Source: Thermococcus sp. JdFR-02 | Lineage (GTDB): Archaea; Methanobacteriota_B; Thermococci; Thermococcales; Thermococcaceae | Direction of reading: 5' to 3' | NCBI GenBank assembly: GCA_002009975.1 | Contig: MTLP01000039.1 | Coordinates: 1 to 61,472, forward strand | Length of the DNA: 61,472 nt | Part shown: in pieces, positions 1 through 8,467 of the stretch | Layout: every line of letters starts with the position of its first letter | How positions within the stretch are numbered: the stretch's first letter is position 1 | Notes under the pieces: generated by a model | Told to the model about the DNA's origin: nothing | Databases searched by the model: none | Seen by the model: only the letters and a program-made list of their open reading frames with translations | Program-made: the position numbers and the translations under genes

Positions 1-101
1 GTTAAGATTGGAAAGTGGTGGCATAAAAGTGAGGAAATTGATTTGGTAGCGTTAAATGAAAAGGAGAAGAAGGCTCTTTTTGTAGAAGTTAAGTGGAAAG
101 A
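1..101 (+). repeat. Left copy of an exact 101-bp terminal inverted repeat
   Basis: Bases 1-101 are the exact reverse complement of 61372-61472; the first mismatch is at base 102 (T versus G). Confidence 0.97.
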
Positions 102-282
102 TTTAAGCAAGAGAGAATCCAAAGGAATATTGAAGGATTTAGAGAGAAAAAGTGAGGTCATGAGATTAGATGGATGGGAAAAATATTACGGGCTAGTTGC
201 CAAGAATGTTAAGAACAAAGAAGGACTGAAGGAAAATTGGCTGATTTGGGACTTAAGAGATTTTGAAGAGCTGAGCTTTTAG
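1..282 (+). CDS. 5'-truncated C-terminus of archaeal ATPase-DUF234 protein (PD-(D/E)xK-like domain)
   Basis: Frame is open from base 1: VKIGKWWHKSEEIDLVALNEKEKKALFVEVKWK, the GxWW...EID(L/I)VA...EVKW signature of DUF234 tails of archaeal ATPases. No start codon in the window. Confidence 0.85.
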   Translation, partial: VKIGKWWHKSEEIDLVALNEKEKKALFVEVKWKDLSKRESKGILKDLERKSEVMRLDGWEKYYGLVAKNVKNKEGLKENWLIWDLRDFEELSF

Positions 283-356
283 AACTCATAGAGGAGAAGG
301 TTGAAGTTCTCCCAAAGTTTGCTATTGAAAAAGGTGGCAGATAACTGACTTACTTT

Positions 357-1508
357 CTATGTAGGCTTCTTATCCTCCTTCGGCGGTTTCCAATTCTTTG
401 TTATCTCTGTAACTGCTTTGACTATCTGTCTTTCTTGTGGATTCTTCTCCACAAGTTTTTCCAAAAATGAAATCAGCTCATCATAAGTGCCCCTTTCAAT
501 TGGGAAAGGCACACCATCTTTTCCACCCACTGCATAGGTGAACTTAAAAGGATCTGGAGGATGAGTTACAGGGTCTTTCCATGAGGGATGGACGTCATAA
601 ACAAGCTCTAAGACTAAAGATAAGGCACGCAACGTGCTTGGACCCAGTCCTTTGAGAAGAAGCAGTTCTTCGTAGTTTGAAACACTCAACTCTCTTGCAA
701 GCTCTAAAGCTCTCTGGTTCAGCTCTATCTGTCCAAGACTTTTGTATCGTCTAATTGTATCAAAGAGGTTCAACTTTTCATAGGGCTTGTAAACAACCAA
801 CGGTTTATATCCTCTTGCAACTGCTGTAATTGTTTTTAGCTCTCTTTCAATCTTTCTGGGGTCCTCTTGAACCACATCAAGCAGAGTTTTTTGATATTCC
901 TTCGTGTTTTTATCAATAGTATTTAGAGCATATTCAAGCTTAATTCCGCTTATTCCTTTATGGGGTTCTAACGTAAAGTTCTCCGCATCAAACCAGTGAT
1001 ATCTTCTCGCCATCTTGACCTTTGGATTCATTCCCTGCTGGACAATTGCCCAATTTCCTCCTTCATCAACGAAAAAGACATGATGGTAAAGCTGGTAACC
1101 TGTTTGTAATGCTACGGTGTCAACTTTAGCGACTAATCGGGAAATCTTAACATATTCATTGCTGTCGAGTTCATATTTCTCACATATCTGTCTCAGCTGA
1201 GCTGGGGTTTCTCTGCTTTTTGCCCCCTTTCCTCCAGCTGCACTTAGCCCAAAGCTCTCCTTTGAAAGAACCTCTTTTAATATGCCCGTTGTTACGGTTG
1301 TGCTTCCAGAGGAATCCCAATCCATGCCTATCACATTATTTAATGCTTGAAACCACACTGGATCAGCTAGTCTTTCAAGCACTCCTTGGGTACCATACTC
1401 TTCAATTAAGAGTTTCAAGACTAACCGAGCTAATCTTTTCATTCTAACTGCTAACCATGGTGGTACATGCCCACCATGCAATGGTAGCTCTGCTATTCCT
1501 CTCTTCAT
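357..1508 (-). CDS. DUF763 family protein
   Basis: N-terminal LPLHGGHVPPWL, GMDWDSSGSTT, YQLYHH and AVGGKDGVPFP motifs typical of DUF763; HhH-like LLLKGLGPSTLRAL. Confidence 0.85.
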   Translation of the reverse strand: MKRGIAELPLHGGHVPPWLAVRMKRLARLVLKLLIEEYGTQGVLERLADPVWFQALNNVIGMDWDSSGSTTVTTGILKEVLSKESFGLSAAGGKGAKSRETPAQLRQICEKYELDSNEYVKISRLVAKVDTVALQTGYQLYHHVFFVDEGGNWAIVQQGMNPKVKMARRYHWFDAENFTLEPHKGISGIKLEYALNTIDKNTKEYQKTLLDVVQEDPRKIERELKTITAVARGYKPLVVYKPYEKLNLFDTIRRYKSLGQIELNQRALELARELSVSNYEELLLLKGLGPSTLRALSLVLELVYDVHPSWKDPVTHPPDPFKFTYAVGGKDGVPFPIERGTYDELISFLEKLVEKNPQERQIVKAVTEITKNWKPPKEDKKPT

Positions 1509-1610
1509 TTCCAGTTTATATTTTGTAAAAAAGGATTATAAAGCTTGCTTAGGTTAAAATAACATTTTGAAAAATGACAAATTAAGGTGAGAATAGAAAG
1601 AGGATAAAAT

Positions 1611-2321
1611 TCACTTGAATAATAAGCTTGCTGTGGTTATCTTTTGCAATAGCTTCGGTTCAAAGTCCTCTTTAATATCTTTGAGGATTACAATGTTCTC
1701 AATTAGCTTGTCCTCTTTCAGGATGCCCTCAGTTATTATGACCTGATCAGAGAGAGTAACAAGCCAAGAATGTAATTCCTTGGGAAGAGTGTCTCTATTC
1801 ACAATTCTAATCAGAGAAAAATTGTAACCTTCTAGTGTTAAGCTCTCCAAGGTCTTTAATCCTGAATCGACGTACTCTTTGAAGAACTTCTTACCAAATT
1901 TTTCATATATACCATCAAAGGTCACTGTAACGCCTATGGATCTTCTATCTTTTAAGGAATACCTCTTATCAATCTGCTTCATAATATTGCCGAACTTTGG
2001 GATTAATGTCGAAGAATCTGCTTCAATTGCATAGATAAAATCATGACCTAGCGTATTATCATCAAATAAATTGATAACTGCCATATTTCCACTTAATCCA
2101 TGCTTAATAATATCCAGTCCAGCACTCTTTGCCCTATTAATGAAGTTTGTCATTGGCAAGACACAGTTAACTAAAATTATGAAATCTCCTTTTTCAAGCC
2201 TCTTTTTAACATGAGTCACTGCAATCTTCCATCCAAGGCTATATTGATTATATGAGAGCAACAAAACACCATTCCTTGCCAGACCGCCCAAGTATTCACC
2301 AATTATGTCTATCTCACCCAA
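1611..2321 (-). CDS. Degenerate KaiC/RAD55-like (RecA-fold) protein without Walker A
   Basis: 236 aa. Starts like KaiC-family proteins (IDIIGEYLGGLARNGVLLLSY) and has GNMAVINLF and LSDQVI segments, but no GxxGxGKT. Confidence 0.55.
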   Translation of the reverse strand: MGEIDIIGEYLGGLARNGVLLLSYNQYSLGWKIAVTHVKKRLEKGDFIILVNCVLPMTNFINRAKSAGLDIIKHGLSGNMAVINLFDDNTLGHDFIYAIEADSSTLIPKFGNIMKQIDKRYSLKDRRSIGVTVTFDGIYEKFGKKFFKEYVDSGLKTLESLTLEGYNFSLIRIVNRDTLPKELHSWLVTLSDQVIITEGILKEDKLIENIVILKDIKEDFEPKLLQKITTASLLFK

Positions 2322-2467
2322 TTTACCTTCCCCATCTGAAAATTTTGAGAGGTTATATTATTTAACACTTTACATCACATGTATTAGCATATTTGAAGCA
2401 GAAGCACAATAAAAAAGCTTTTATTCCATTAAAATGTTTTACCTTATTGAAAATCCTTTGAGGAGGC

Positions 2468-3205
2468 ATGATTATGGGAGTGGAAAAGGTTCCAAAATAC
2501 AACATCCCAATTAAAAAGGTCGAATACGTTTATATTGAACTAGATAAGATGAAACCCCACGAACAATTAGTTCAAAAGGAACTTGAAGCCTTTATTGAGA
2601 GTGTAACTGGTTCCGGTGTTTTTTGGAAACCAATGCTTTTAGCCAAGGTCCCGGGAGAAGATATGTATCTAATTGTTGATGGACACCACAGATGGGCTGG
2701 ATTAATGAAATTGGGAGCTAAAAAAGCACCATCTGTAATTTTGGACTATTTCAGCGATGATGTTAAAGTCTACACATGGTATCCTGCTTTTAAAGGCGAT
2801 TTAGATAAGGTCCTAGAACGCTTAAAGAAGGAAGGTGTGGAGGTTATTGAAGACTCCAACGCTGAGGAATTAGCCGAAAAGGGAGAAATAGCCTTCGCAT
2901 TAGTTGGAAAAGACAAAGCATTTAAGATACCAGGAGCATTAAAAGAACAAAAGTTAGTTAGCAAAGTTCTTGATGAAATGAGCGTTAAAGGGGAAATAGA
3001 GCTTATCTATTATGGTCTCAAAGAAGATGCAAAAGCTGACATGGATGTTGGAGAAATTGATTATGTTTTCATAAGAAAGGCACCAAGCAAAGAGGAAGTC
3101 ATGGAACTTGTAAAGAGAGGGGATGTTTACTCACCAAAGACAACAAGACACGTATTGCCATTTATCCCAGATAAGATTGATGTTAAATTAGAGGATCTCT
3201 TCTGA
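2468..3205 (+). CDS. serK: ADP-dependent L-serine kinase SerK (ParB/Srx fold)
   Basis: MGVEKVPKY...KPHEQLVQ...LIVDGHHRW...SPKTTRH closely matches Thermococcus SerK; GGAGG RBS. Confidence 0.93.
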   Translation: MIMGVEKVPKYNIPIKKVEYVYIELDKMKPHEQLVQKELEAFIESVTGSGVFWKPMLLAKVPGEDMYLIVDGHHRWAGLMKLGAKKAPSVILDYFSDDVKVYTWYPAFKGDLDKVLERLKKEGVEVIEDSNAEELAEKGEIAFALVGKDKAFKIPGALKEQKLVSKVLDEMSVKGEIELIYYGLKEDAKADMDVGEIDYVFIRKAPSKEEVMELVKRGDVYSPKTTRHVLPFIPDKIDVKLEDLF

Positions 3206-3233
3206 CAACTTTTTCATTTTTAATACTCGGCAT

Positions 3234-3320
3234 TGGCGCCGGGGCGGGGATTTGAACCCCGGTGGGCGAATGCCCATGGGATCTCGAGTCCCACGCCTTC
3301 CCGGGCTAGGCTACCCCGGC
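3234..3320 (-). tRNA. tRNA-Ser(CGA), with encoded CCA
   Basis: Minus strand GCCGGGGTAGCCTAGCCCGGGAAGGCGTGGGACT-CGA-GATCCCATGGGCATTCGCCCACCGGGGTTCAAATCCCCGCCCCGGCGCCA: cloverleaf, long variable arm, GTTCAAAT T-loop, G discriminator. Confidence 0.97.
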
Positions 3321-3476
3321 TTCACTTAAAGCTTGTACCATTATTTTTATAAAACTTGCCTAGACGCAAATTTTATTAACATTTGGTATATAAAATATAT
3401 TCGGGCTTTAAAAACGCAAAGCAACAAGTTTAAATGGAATGGAAGACATAGATAATATTGAAAGGAGGTGACAGCA

Positions 3477-4652
3477 ATGGTCGGCATTCTTGTGGAAGAA
3501 GTTATGACCGACAAGTTTGCAAAAATTGACATCAATGCCCCACTTTCTGAAGCCATTGGAATAATAGAAAAAGACAACCCGGATCTAATTTTGGTGTTTG
3601 ATGGAAAGACATACAAAGGTGTTGTTACCCAAGATCTGTTAATTAGATCCCACTTAAAATGGGACCCCACAAAAGCCAAGGTTAGGGATGTTTATAAGCA
3701 TGCCCCTGTTATTGCTCCAAAGGAGGATTTAAGCTTAGCTGCTAGGCTTATGATAGAAACGGACTTAAGATCATTGCCTGTTGGAGATAAAGCCAACATA
3801 AGTGGTGTAATAAGTGATATAGCCCTTCTTAAAAGATTAGTTGAAGGAGAATTTGGTAAAAAGCCAATTAAAGATCTCATGACGAGTGAAGTTATTACAC
3901 TGCTCCCAGACGATACTGTTGCAAAAGCATTGGCAACGATGAGAGATTTTTCAATCTCGAGGATACCTATAGTTAATGAGGAAGGAAAGTTGGAAGGACT
4001 GGTTACTCTACACGATCTAATAATCAGGTTCATAAAACCAAGGTTTAAAGCCCAGTTTGGAGAAGTTGCTGGAGAAAAGATACCACCTTTCTCAACCCAA
4101 TTAAGAGATGTCATGCTTAGAGGAATAATAACAATTTCACCAGAGGCTACTGTCAAAGAAGCCGTAGAAACCATGCTAGAAAAGAACATTGATGGACTAA
4201 TTGTTGTTGATAACGAAAATAAAGTTAAAGGCGTTTTGACAATTAAAGACTTACTGTTGCCCATTTCAAAGATGACTGAGAAAGAGACAAAGTTCTACCT
4301 GCAGCTGGCTGGAGATTCCTACTTACTAAGTGATTTTACAAGGGAGAGGATAATAAGCGATATTAAAAAATTCGTAGATGGCTACTCAGATCTCCTCGGA
4401 AATGAGGGAATAATTTACCTACATGTAAGAAGGTTTAACGAAAAGTTCAGAGGAGTTCACCTATACCAAGCGAGAATGAGGGTTGTAACAGATAAGGGGA
4501 CATTCTTTGCAACTGGGGAAACATGGGGAGCTATCCAAGCAGTCCATGATGCACTAAGGGCTATTGAAAGACAATTGCTCCAAAAATCAGAACTTGAAAG
4601 AGATTTAAGATATGCCAAGAGATTTATTGAAAAATTAGAGCTTTGGCGCTGA
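3477..4652 (+). CDS. 4xCBS-domain protein with C-terminal HPF/RaiA-like domain (candidate ribosome hibernation factor)
   Basis: Two CBS pairs (LPVGD, ISRIPIVNEEGKLEGLVT, LIVVDNENKVKGVLT), then a ~110-aa tail ending FFATGETWGAIQAVHDALRAIERQL, resembling the HPF/S30AE terminal helix. GGAGGTGA RBS before ATG 3477. Confidence 0.8.
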   Translation: MVGILVEEVMTDKFAKIDINAPLSEAIGIIEKDNPDLILVFDGKTYKGVVTQDLLIRSHLKWDPTKAKVRDVYKHAPVIAPKEDLSLAARLMIETDLRSLPVGDKANISGVISDIALLKRLVEGEFGKKPIKDLMTSEVITLLPDDTVAKALATMRDFSISRIPIVNEEGKLEGLVTLHDLIIRFIKPRFKAQFGEVAGEKIPPFSTQLRDVMLRGIITISPEATVKEAVETMLEKNIDGLIVVDNENKVKGVLTIKDLLLPISKMTEKETKFYLQLAGDSYLLSDFTRERIISDIKKFVDGYSDLLGNEGIIYLHVRRFNEKFRGVHLYQARMRVVTDKGTFFATGETWGAIQAVHDALRAIERQLLQKSELERDLRYAKRFIEKLELWR

Positions 4653-4687
4653 ATTCCCTTTTCTTTAATACTTTAACAATTTCTTAG

Positions 4688-4704
4688 GTTTTCAACATTT
4701 GGTT
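4688..4704. promoter_or_regulatory. SurR-binding motif GTT-n3-AAC-n5-GTT upstream of hypCD
   Basis: GTT TTC AAC ATTTG GTT is an exact match to the extended SurR consensus, directly upstream of a TTTTAAAA TATA-like element and hypC. Confidence 0.7.
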
Positions 4705-4751
4705 TTAAAAACATCTAAAAACCTCTCCTCATAAGCATAGTTTGGTGAGTA

Positions 4752-4982
4752 ATGATGTGTTTAGCGATTCCGGCTAAAGTTGTTGAAATTAGAGAAAGTG
4801 TTGCAATCGTGGATTTTGGAGGAGTTAGAAGGGAAGCTAGATTAGACTTCGTTAAAGACGTTAAGATTGGCGATTATGTTATAGTTCACACTGGATTTGC
4901 AATAGAAAAGCTTGATGAGAAGACAGCATTAGAAAGTTTGAAAGCATGGGAAGAGGTATTCAAAGTGCTGGAGGGTGAATGA
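4752..4982 (+). CDS. hypC: [NiFe]-hydrogenase maturation chaperone HypC
   Basis: MCLAIP N-terminus and GDYVIVHTGFAI. Confidence 0.97.
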   Translation: MMCLAIPAKVVEIRESVAIVDFGGVRREARLDFVKDVKIGDYVIVHTGFAIEKLDEKTALESLKAWEEVFKVLEGE

Positions 4983-6094
4983 TGGATATCTTAAAAATTT
5001 ACAGTGATAAAGAGTTGGCTCAAAAAATACTTCGTGCGATTTATCATGAAGCCGAGAAAATAGGTAGAGAAGTTAGATTTATGCACGTCTGTGGAACCCA
5101 TGAAGACACAGTAACAAGAAGTGGGATTCGTTCCCTATTGCCAAAGAATGTCAAAGTTTTAGCTGGTCCTGGATGTCCAGTTTGTATTACACCAGCAGAA
5201 GATATTGCTAGAATGATGGAAATAATGAAAAAAGCTAGGGAAGAGGGCGAGGAAATAATTTTAACAACTTTTGGAGATATGTATAAAATCCCCACAGCAG
5301 TTGGAAGCTTTGCCGATTTAAGAAGTGAAGGATTTGATGTTAGAGTGGTTTATTCAGTTTATGATTCCTATAAAATTGCAATAGAAAATCCTGACAAACT
5401 GGTTGTGCACTTCTCTCCGGGCTTTGAAACAACAACAGCCCCTGCAGCAGGAATTTTGAATGAAGTGATTGAAAAGAATATAAAGAACTTCAAAGTTTAT
5501 TCCGTTCACAGACTAACTCCCCCAGCAGTTGAAGCCCTAATAAAGCAAGGAACCACTTTTGATGGGCTAATTGACCCCGGACATGTCTCTACAATAATCG
5601 GAGTTAAAGGATGGGAGTATATAACGAAAGAATATGGGGTTCCTCAAGTAGTTGCTGGATTCGAGCCAATTGACTTCCTCATGGGCTTATTGATGCTCTT
5701 AAGAATTGTCAGAAAAGGAGAGGTCAAAATAGAAAATGAATATACCAGAGTTGTCAAGTATGAAGGCAATGTTGAAGCGCAAAAAACAATAAAGAAGCTC
5801 TTTGACATTGTTGACGCAAAATGGAGAGCTTTGGGAGTTATCCCCAACAGTGGATTGGAGCTTAAAGAGGAGTATAAAGACTGGGAAATAAGAACTTTTT
5901 ATGATGTTAACGTTCCAAAAATGCCTGATTTAGAGAAAGGTTGCTTATGTGGAGCAATATTGAGAGGCTTAGCATTGCCAACAGATTGTCCATTGTTTGG
6001 AAAAACATGTACACCAAGGAATCCAGTGGGACCATGTATGGTCTCCTATGAGGGCACATGTCAAATATTTTACAAGTACGGTGCTCTGTTTTAG
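4979..6094 (+). CDS. hypD: Hydrogenase maturation protein HypD
   Basis: CGTH, GPGCPVC, GFETT and PGHVS motifs plus C-terminal Fe-S Cys motif (CLCG...CPLFGKTCTP...GPCMVSYEGTC). Confidence 0.97.
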   Translation: MMDILKIYSDKELAQKILRAIYHEAEKIGREVRFMHVCGTHEDTVTRSGIRSLLPKNVKVLAGPGCPVCITPAEDIARMMEIMKKAREEGEEIILTTFGDMYKIPTAVGSFADLRSEGFDVRVVYSVYDSYKIAIENPDKLVVHFSPGFETTTAPAAGILNEVIEKNIKNFKVYSVHRLTPPAVEALIKQGTTFDGLIDPGHVSTIIGVKGWEYITKEYGVPQVVAGFEPIDFLMGLLMLLRIVRKGEVKIENEYTRVVKYEGNVEAQKTIKKLFDIVDAKWRALGVIPNSGLELKEEYKDWEIRTFYDVNVPKMPDLEKGCLCGAILRGLALPTDCPLFGKTCTPRNPVGPCMVSYEGTCQIFYKYGALF

Positions 6095-7206
6095 CTTTCT
6101 TCTTTCCACCATTTAAATTCCCTTTCAATTAAAGCCAGCTGTTCTTTGGTGAGACTTCTTGGATCTAAGATTATGAAGAGAGATTTCTTTGCATAATTAA
6201 CTCTATCCTTTAAATCGAGCAAAAACTTCATAGCAGCGTTGAAGCCATTTTCTAAGGCTATGTATTCAAAAGCGTCAAACACCACCACATCGTAACCAGC
6301 CTCCAGTTCCCTCGTGATTAAGTCTATCAGTATATCAATTTTTGTTGGAGAGAAACCAAAGATGTTTAGCTCTTTGTCTATTCTCCCATCCTTAGCCCTT
6401 GTAATCCAGAACACTATGTTGTTTTTATTCATAAGCCGTTTAAGAGTTTGAGGACTAGTCCTTGTAACATAAATATCGTTTCTTCTTTTTATAGATGGGA
6501 ATGCTTTAAGCAAATCTTCGTAACTCTTAAAGAGATTAATCACGGGCTTGGCACTCTCTCTGGAAGCTGGCTTAGGAACGATTTTTGGAAAGAGCACAAA
6601 CTTTGTTAATCCAACAGCCATTAAAAATCTAAATACAGCCGCTGAACCGAATGCATAGGGTAAAAACCATTCAAGGTTTCTTGTAAATGGATAAGTCAAG
6701 TTGAGAACGCCTAAAAGAAACATTCCCGCTGGGAACAGGATGAAAATCAGATCATTTCTTAGACTAATCTTGTAAAAAACTATAGCTGCGTAGATTAACC
6801 CTAAGCTGTAAAACCAGAGGGGAAATAGGGTTTTTAATGTAAAGCTGGAAATCTTTTCACTACCAACCAATAGCAACCAAAAATAGGAGAAATAGATAAT
6901 CACGCTCCCCATGATTAACTCACTTAACCCTAAATAGTCCTTTCTCAGATGCAGAGCCCCCAAAAGTGTATTCCCTCCAACTAAGAAAGCTGAGATTATC
7001 ACCATCATGTCCGAAAGCTTTGGATCGAGAATTATGCCTAAGTGCCTAATGATATAGCTTTCTGGGGTTATTGCACTAATTCCAAAGGCTAAAACAAAGA
7101 AAACCCATGCTCTCTCCCTATCCCTATAAAGTTTCCATGTTGCAACTGCAAAAAGCACCCAACGAGAAATAAAGTTTAATTGTCCAATGGGAATACCAAC
7201 ATCCAT
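6091..7206 (-). CDS. Multi-pass membrane protein with C-terminal DUF835 domain
   Basis: About 7 hydrophobic helices, then FWIT...SPTKIDIL...VVVFDAFEYIALENGF...KFLLDLKD (DUF835 signature). Confidence 0.85.
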   Translation of the reverse strand: MDVGIPIGQLNFISRWVLFAVATWKLYRDRERAWVFFVLAFGISAITPESYIIRHLGIILDPKLSDMMVIISAFLVGGNTLLGALHLRKDYLGLSELIMGSVIIYFSYFWLLLVGSEKISSFTLKTLFPLWFYSLGLIYAAIVFYKISLRNDLIFILFPAGMFLLGVLNLTYPFTRNLEWFLPYAFGSAAVFRFLMAVGLTKFVLFPKIVPKPASRESAKPVINLFKSYEDLLKAFPSIKRRNDIYVTRTSPQTLKRLMNKNNIVFWITRAKDGRIDKELNIFGFSPTKIDILIDLITRELEAGYDVVVFDAFEYIALENGFNAAMKFLLDLKDRVNYAKKSLFIILDPRSLTKEQLALIEREFKWWKEES

Positions 7207-7207
7207 T

Positions 7208-8467
7208 TCAATCCCCTAAGCTTCTAACTTCCTTTTCCTGCTTTACTATCACCAGAGATTTTGGAGGAATATTTTTATCAATTATCGCACCGGGTCCAAT
7301 AAAAGAATAGCTTCCTATTTTCCTTCCTGGGTATATAGTCACATTAATCCCTGTTTTAACATTATGTCCTATAATTGCCCCAAGTTTCCTTCTTCCACTA
7401 TCTTCAAGTTTTCCTTTAATTTCAACTTTTATCGTCCTATTATCATGCCTCAAGTTAGCGGTTATCGTTCCAGCACCTAAGTTAGTATTTTCTCCAATAA
7501 TAGAATCCCCAACATAGTTTAAGTGCGGTGCATTGCTGTGGTCCATAATTATGGAATTCTTAATCTCAACGGCATTTCCTATATGGCAGTGACTACCTAT
7601 GCTCGTGTAAGGTCTAATAAAGCAGTTGGGACCTATTTTTGAGTTCTCACCAATTTTTACTGGTCCAACAATGTAAGAACCACTTCTGATTATGGTGCCT
7701 TCTCCAATTTCAACTGGTGGAATTATCGTTGCACCTTCTTCAACAACACCCTTGATTTCATGCTTTAATTTGGTCTTGAGGATATACTCATTTAGCTCTA
7801 ACAAAGACCAAGGTCTTCCAATATCATTCCAGTAACCATCATAGACCAAATATGCAACTCTCTTGCCAGACTTTATCATCAAATTTATCGTGTCTGTAAT
7901 CTCATATTCTCCCCTCTCGCTGATCTCTGTTCTCTCTATGAACCCAAAGACATTTGGCTTGAATAGATAAACGCCCAAATTAGCGTACCCCCCCACTTTT
8001 CCCGGCTTTTCTTTTATCTCTCTAACTAAATCTCCAGAGACTTCAATTTTTCCAAAGTTGCTTAGGTCCTCAAACTCCTTCACAAGAATAACTGCATCAT
8101 TATTCTTAGATGCTTGAAGTATTCCCTTCAAAGCTTCCCTCTCAAAATAAATGTCGCCATTGACAACTAAGAAAGGCTCGTCTTCAATATAATTCTTCGC
8201 AGAATAGATAGCCTTTGCAGTACCTTCCCCTTTTACCTGATCAACATAAGTTATGAGCTTTCCCTTATACTCATCGCCCAAGTATTCAATCAGTTTCTCC
8301 TTTTGATACTTTACTACAATTATGAATTCGTCGACAAATGGATAGAGATTATCGAGAACATACTCAATAATTGCTCTATTTGCAACTCTAAGCAAAACTT
8401 TAGGTCTATCATCTGTTAACGGTCTTAACCTTTCTCCTTTTCCAGCTGCCAATATTACACCTCTCAA
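7208..8467 (-). CDS. glmU: Bifunctional sugar-1-phosphate nucleotidylyltransferase/acetyltransferase (archaeal GlmU)
   Basis: ILAAGKGERLRPLT, RGEYEITD, hexapeptide LbH repeats, HLNYVGDS, NLGAGTITAN. Confidence 0.88.
   Translation of the reverse strand: MRGVILAAGKGERLRPLTDDRPKVLLRVANRAIIEYVLDNLYPFVDEFIIVVKYQKEKLIEYLGDEYKGKLITYVDQVKGEGTAKAIYSAKNYIEDEPFLVVNGDIYFEREALKGILQASKNNDAVILVKEFEDLSNFGKIEVSGDLVREIKEKPGKVGGYANLGVYLFKPNVFGFIERTEISERGEYEITDTINLMIKSGKRVAYLVYDGYWNDIGRPWSLLELNEYILKTKLKHEIKGVVEEGATIIPPVEIGEGTIIRSGSYIVGPVKIGENSKIGPNCFIRPYTSIGSHCHIGNAVEIKNSIIMDHSNAPHLNYVGDSIIGENTNLGAGTITANLRHDNRTIKVEIKGKLEDSGRRKLGAIIGHNVKTGINVTIYPGRKIGSYSFIGPGAIIDKNIPPKSLVIVKQEKEVRSLGD

Noticed and set aside
269-343. 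Short open frame AELLELIEEKVEVLPKFAIEKGGR after the left DUF234 gene, a possible gene remnant
   Set aside because: Too short, with no start or RBS and no recognisable motif.
2468-3320. Functional link between serK and the convergent tRNA-Ser(CGA), or tRNA as an integration site
   Set aside because: SerK acts on free serine, the genes are on opposite strands, and I saw no duplicated tRNA fragment (att site) or integrase in the window.
3692-4264. Long antisense ORFs (also 45214-45747, 48287-48733, 28328-28726, 10756-11151 and others)
   Set aside because: Fully nested opposite well-supported genes, Ser/Phe/Ile-rich shadow composition, no RBS or motifs.
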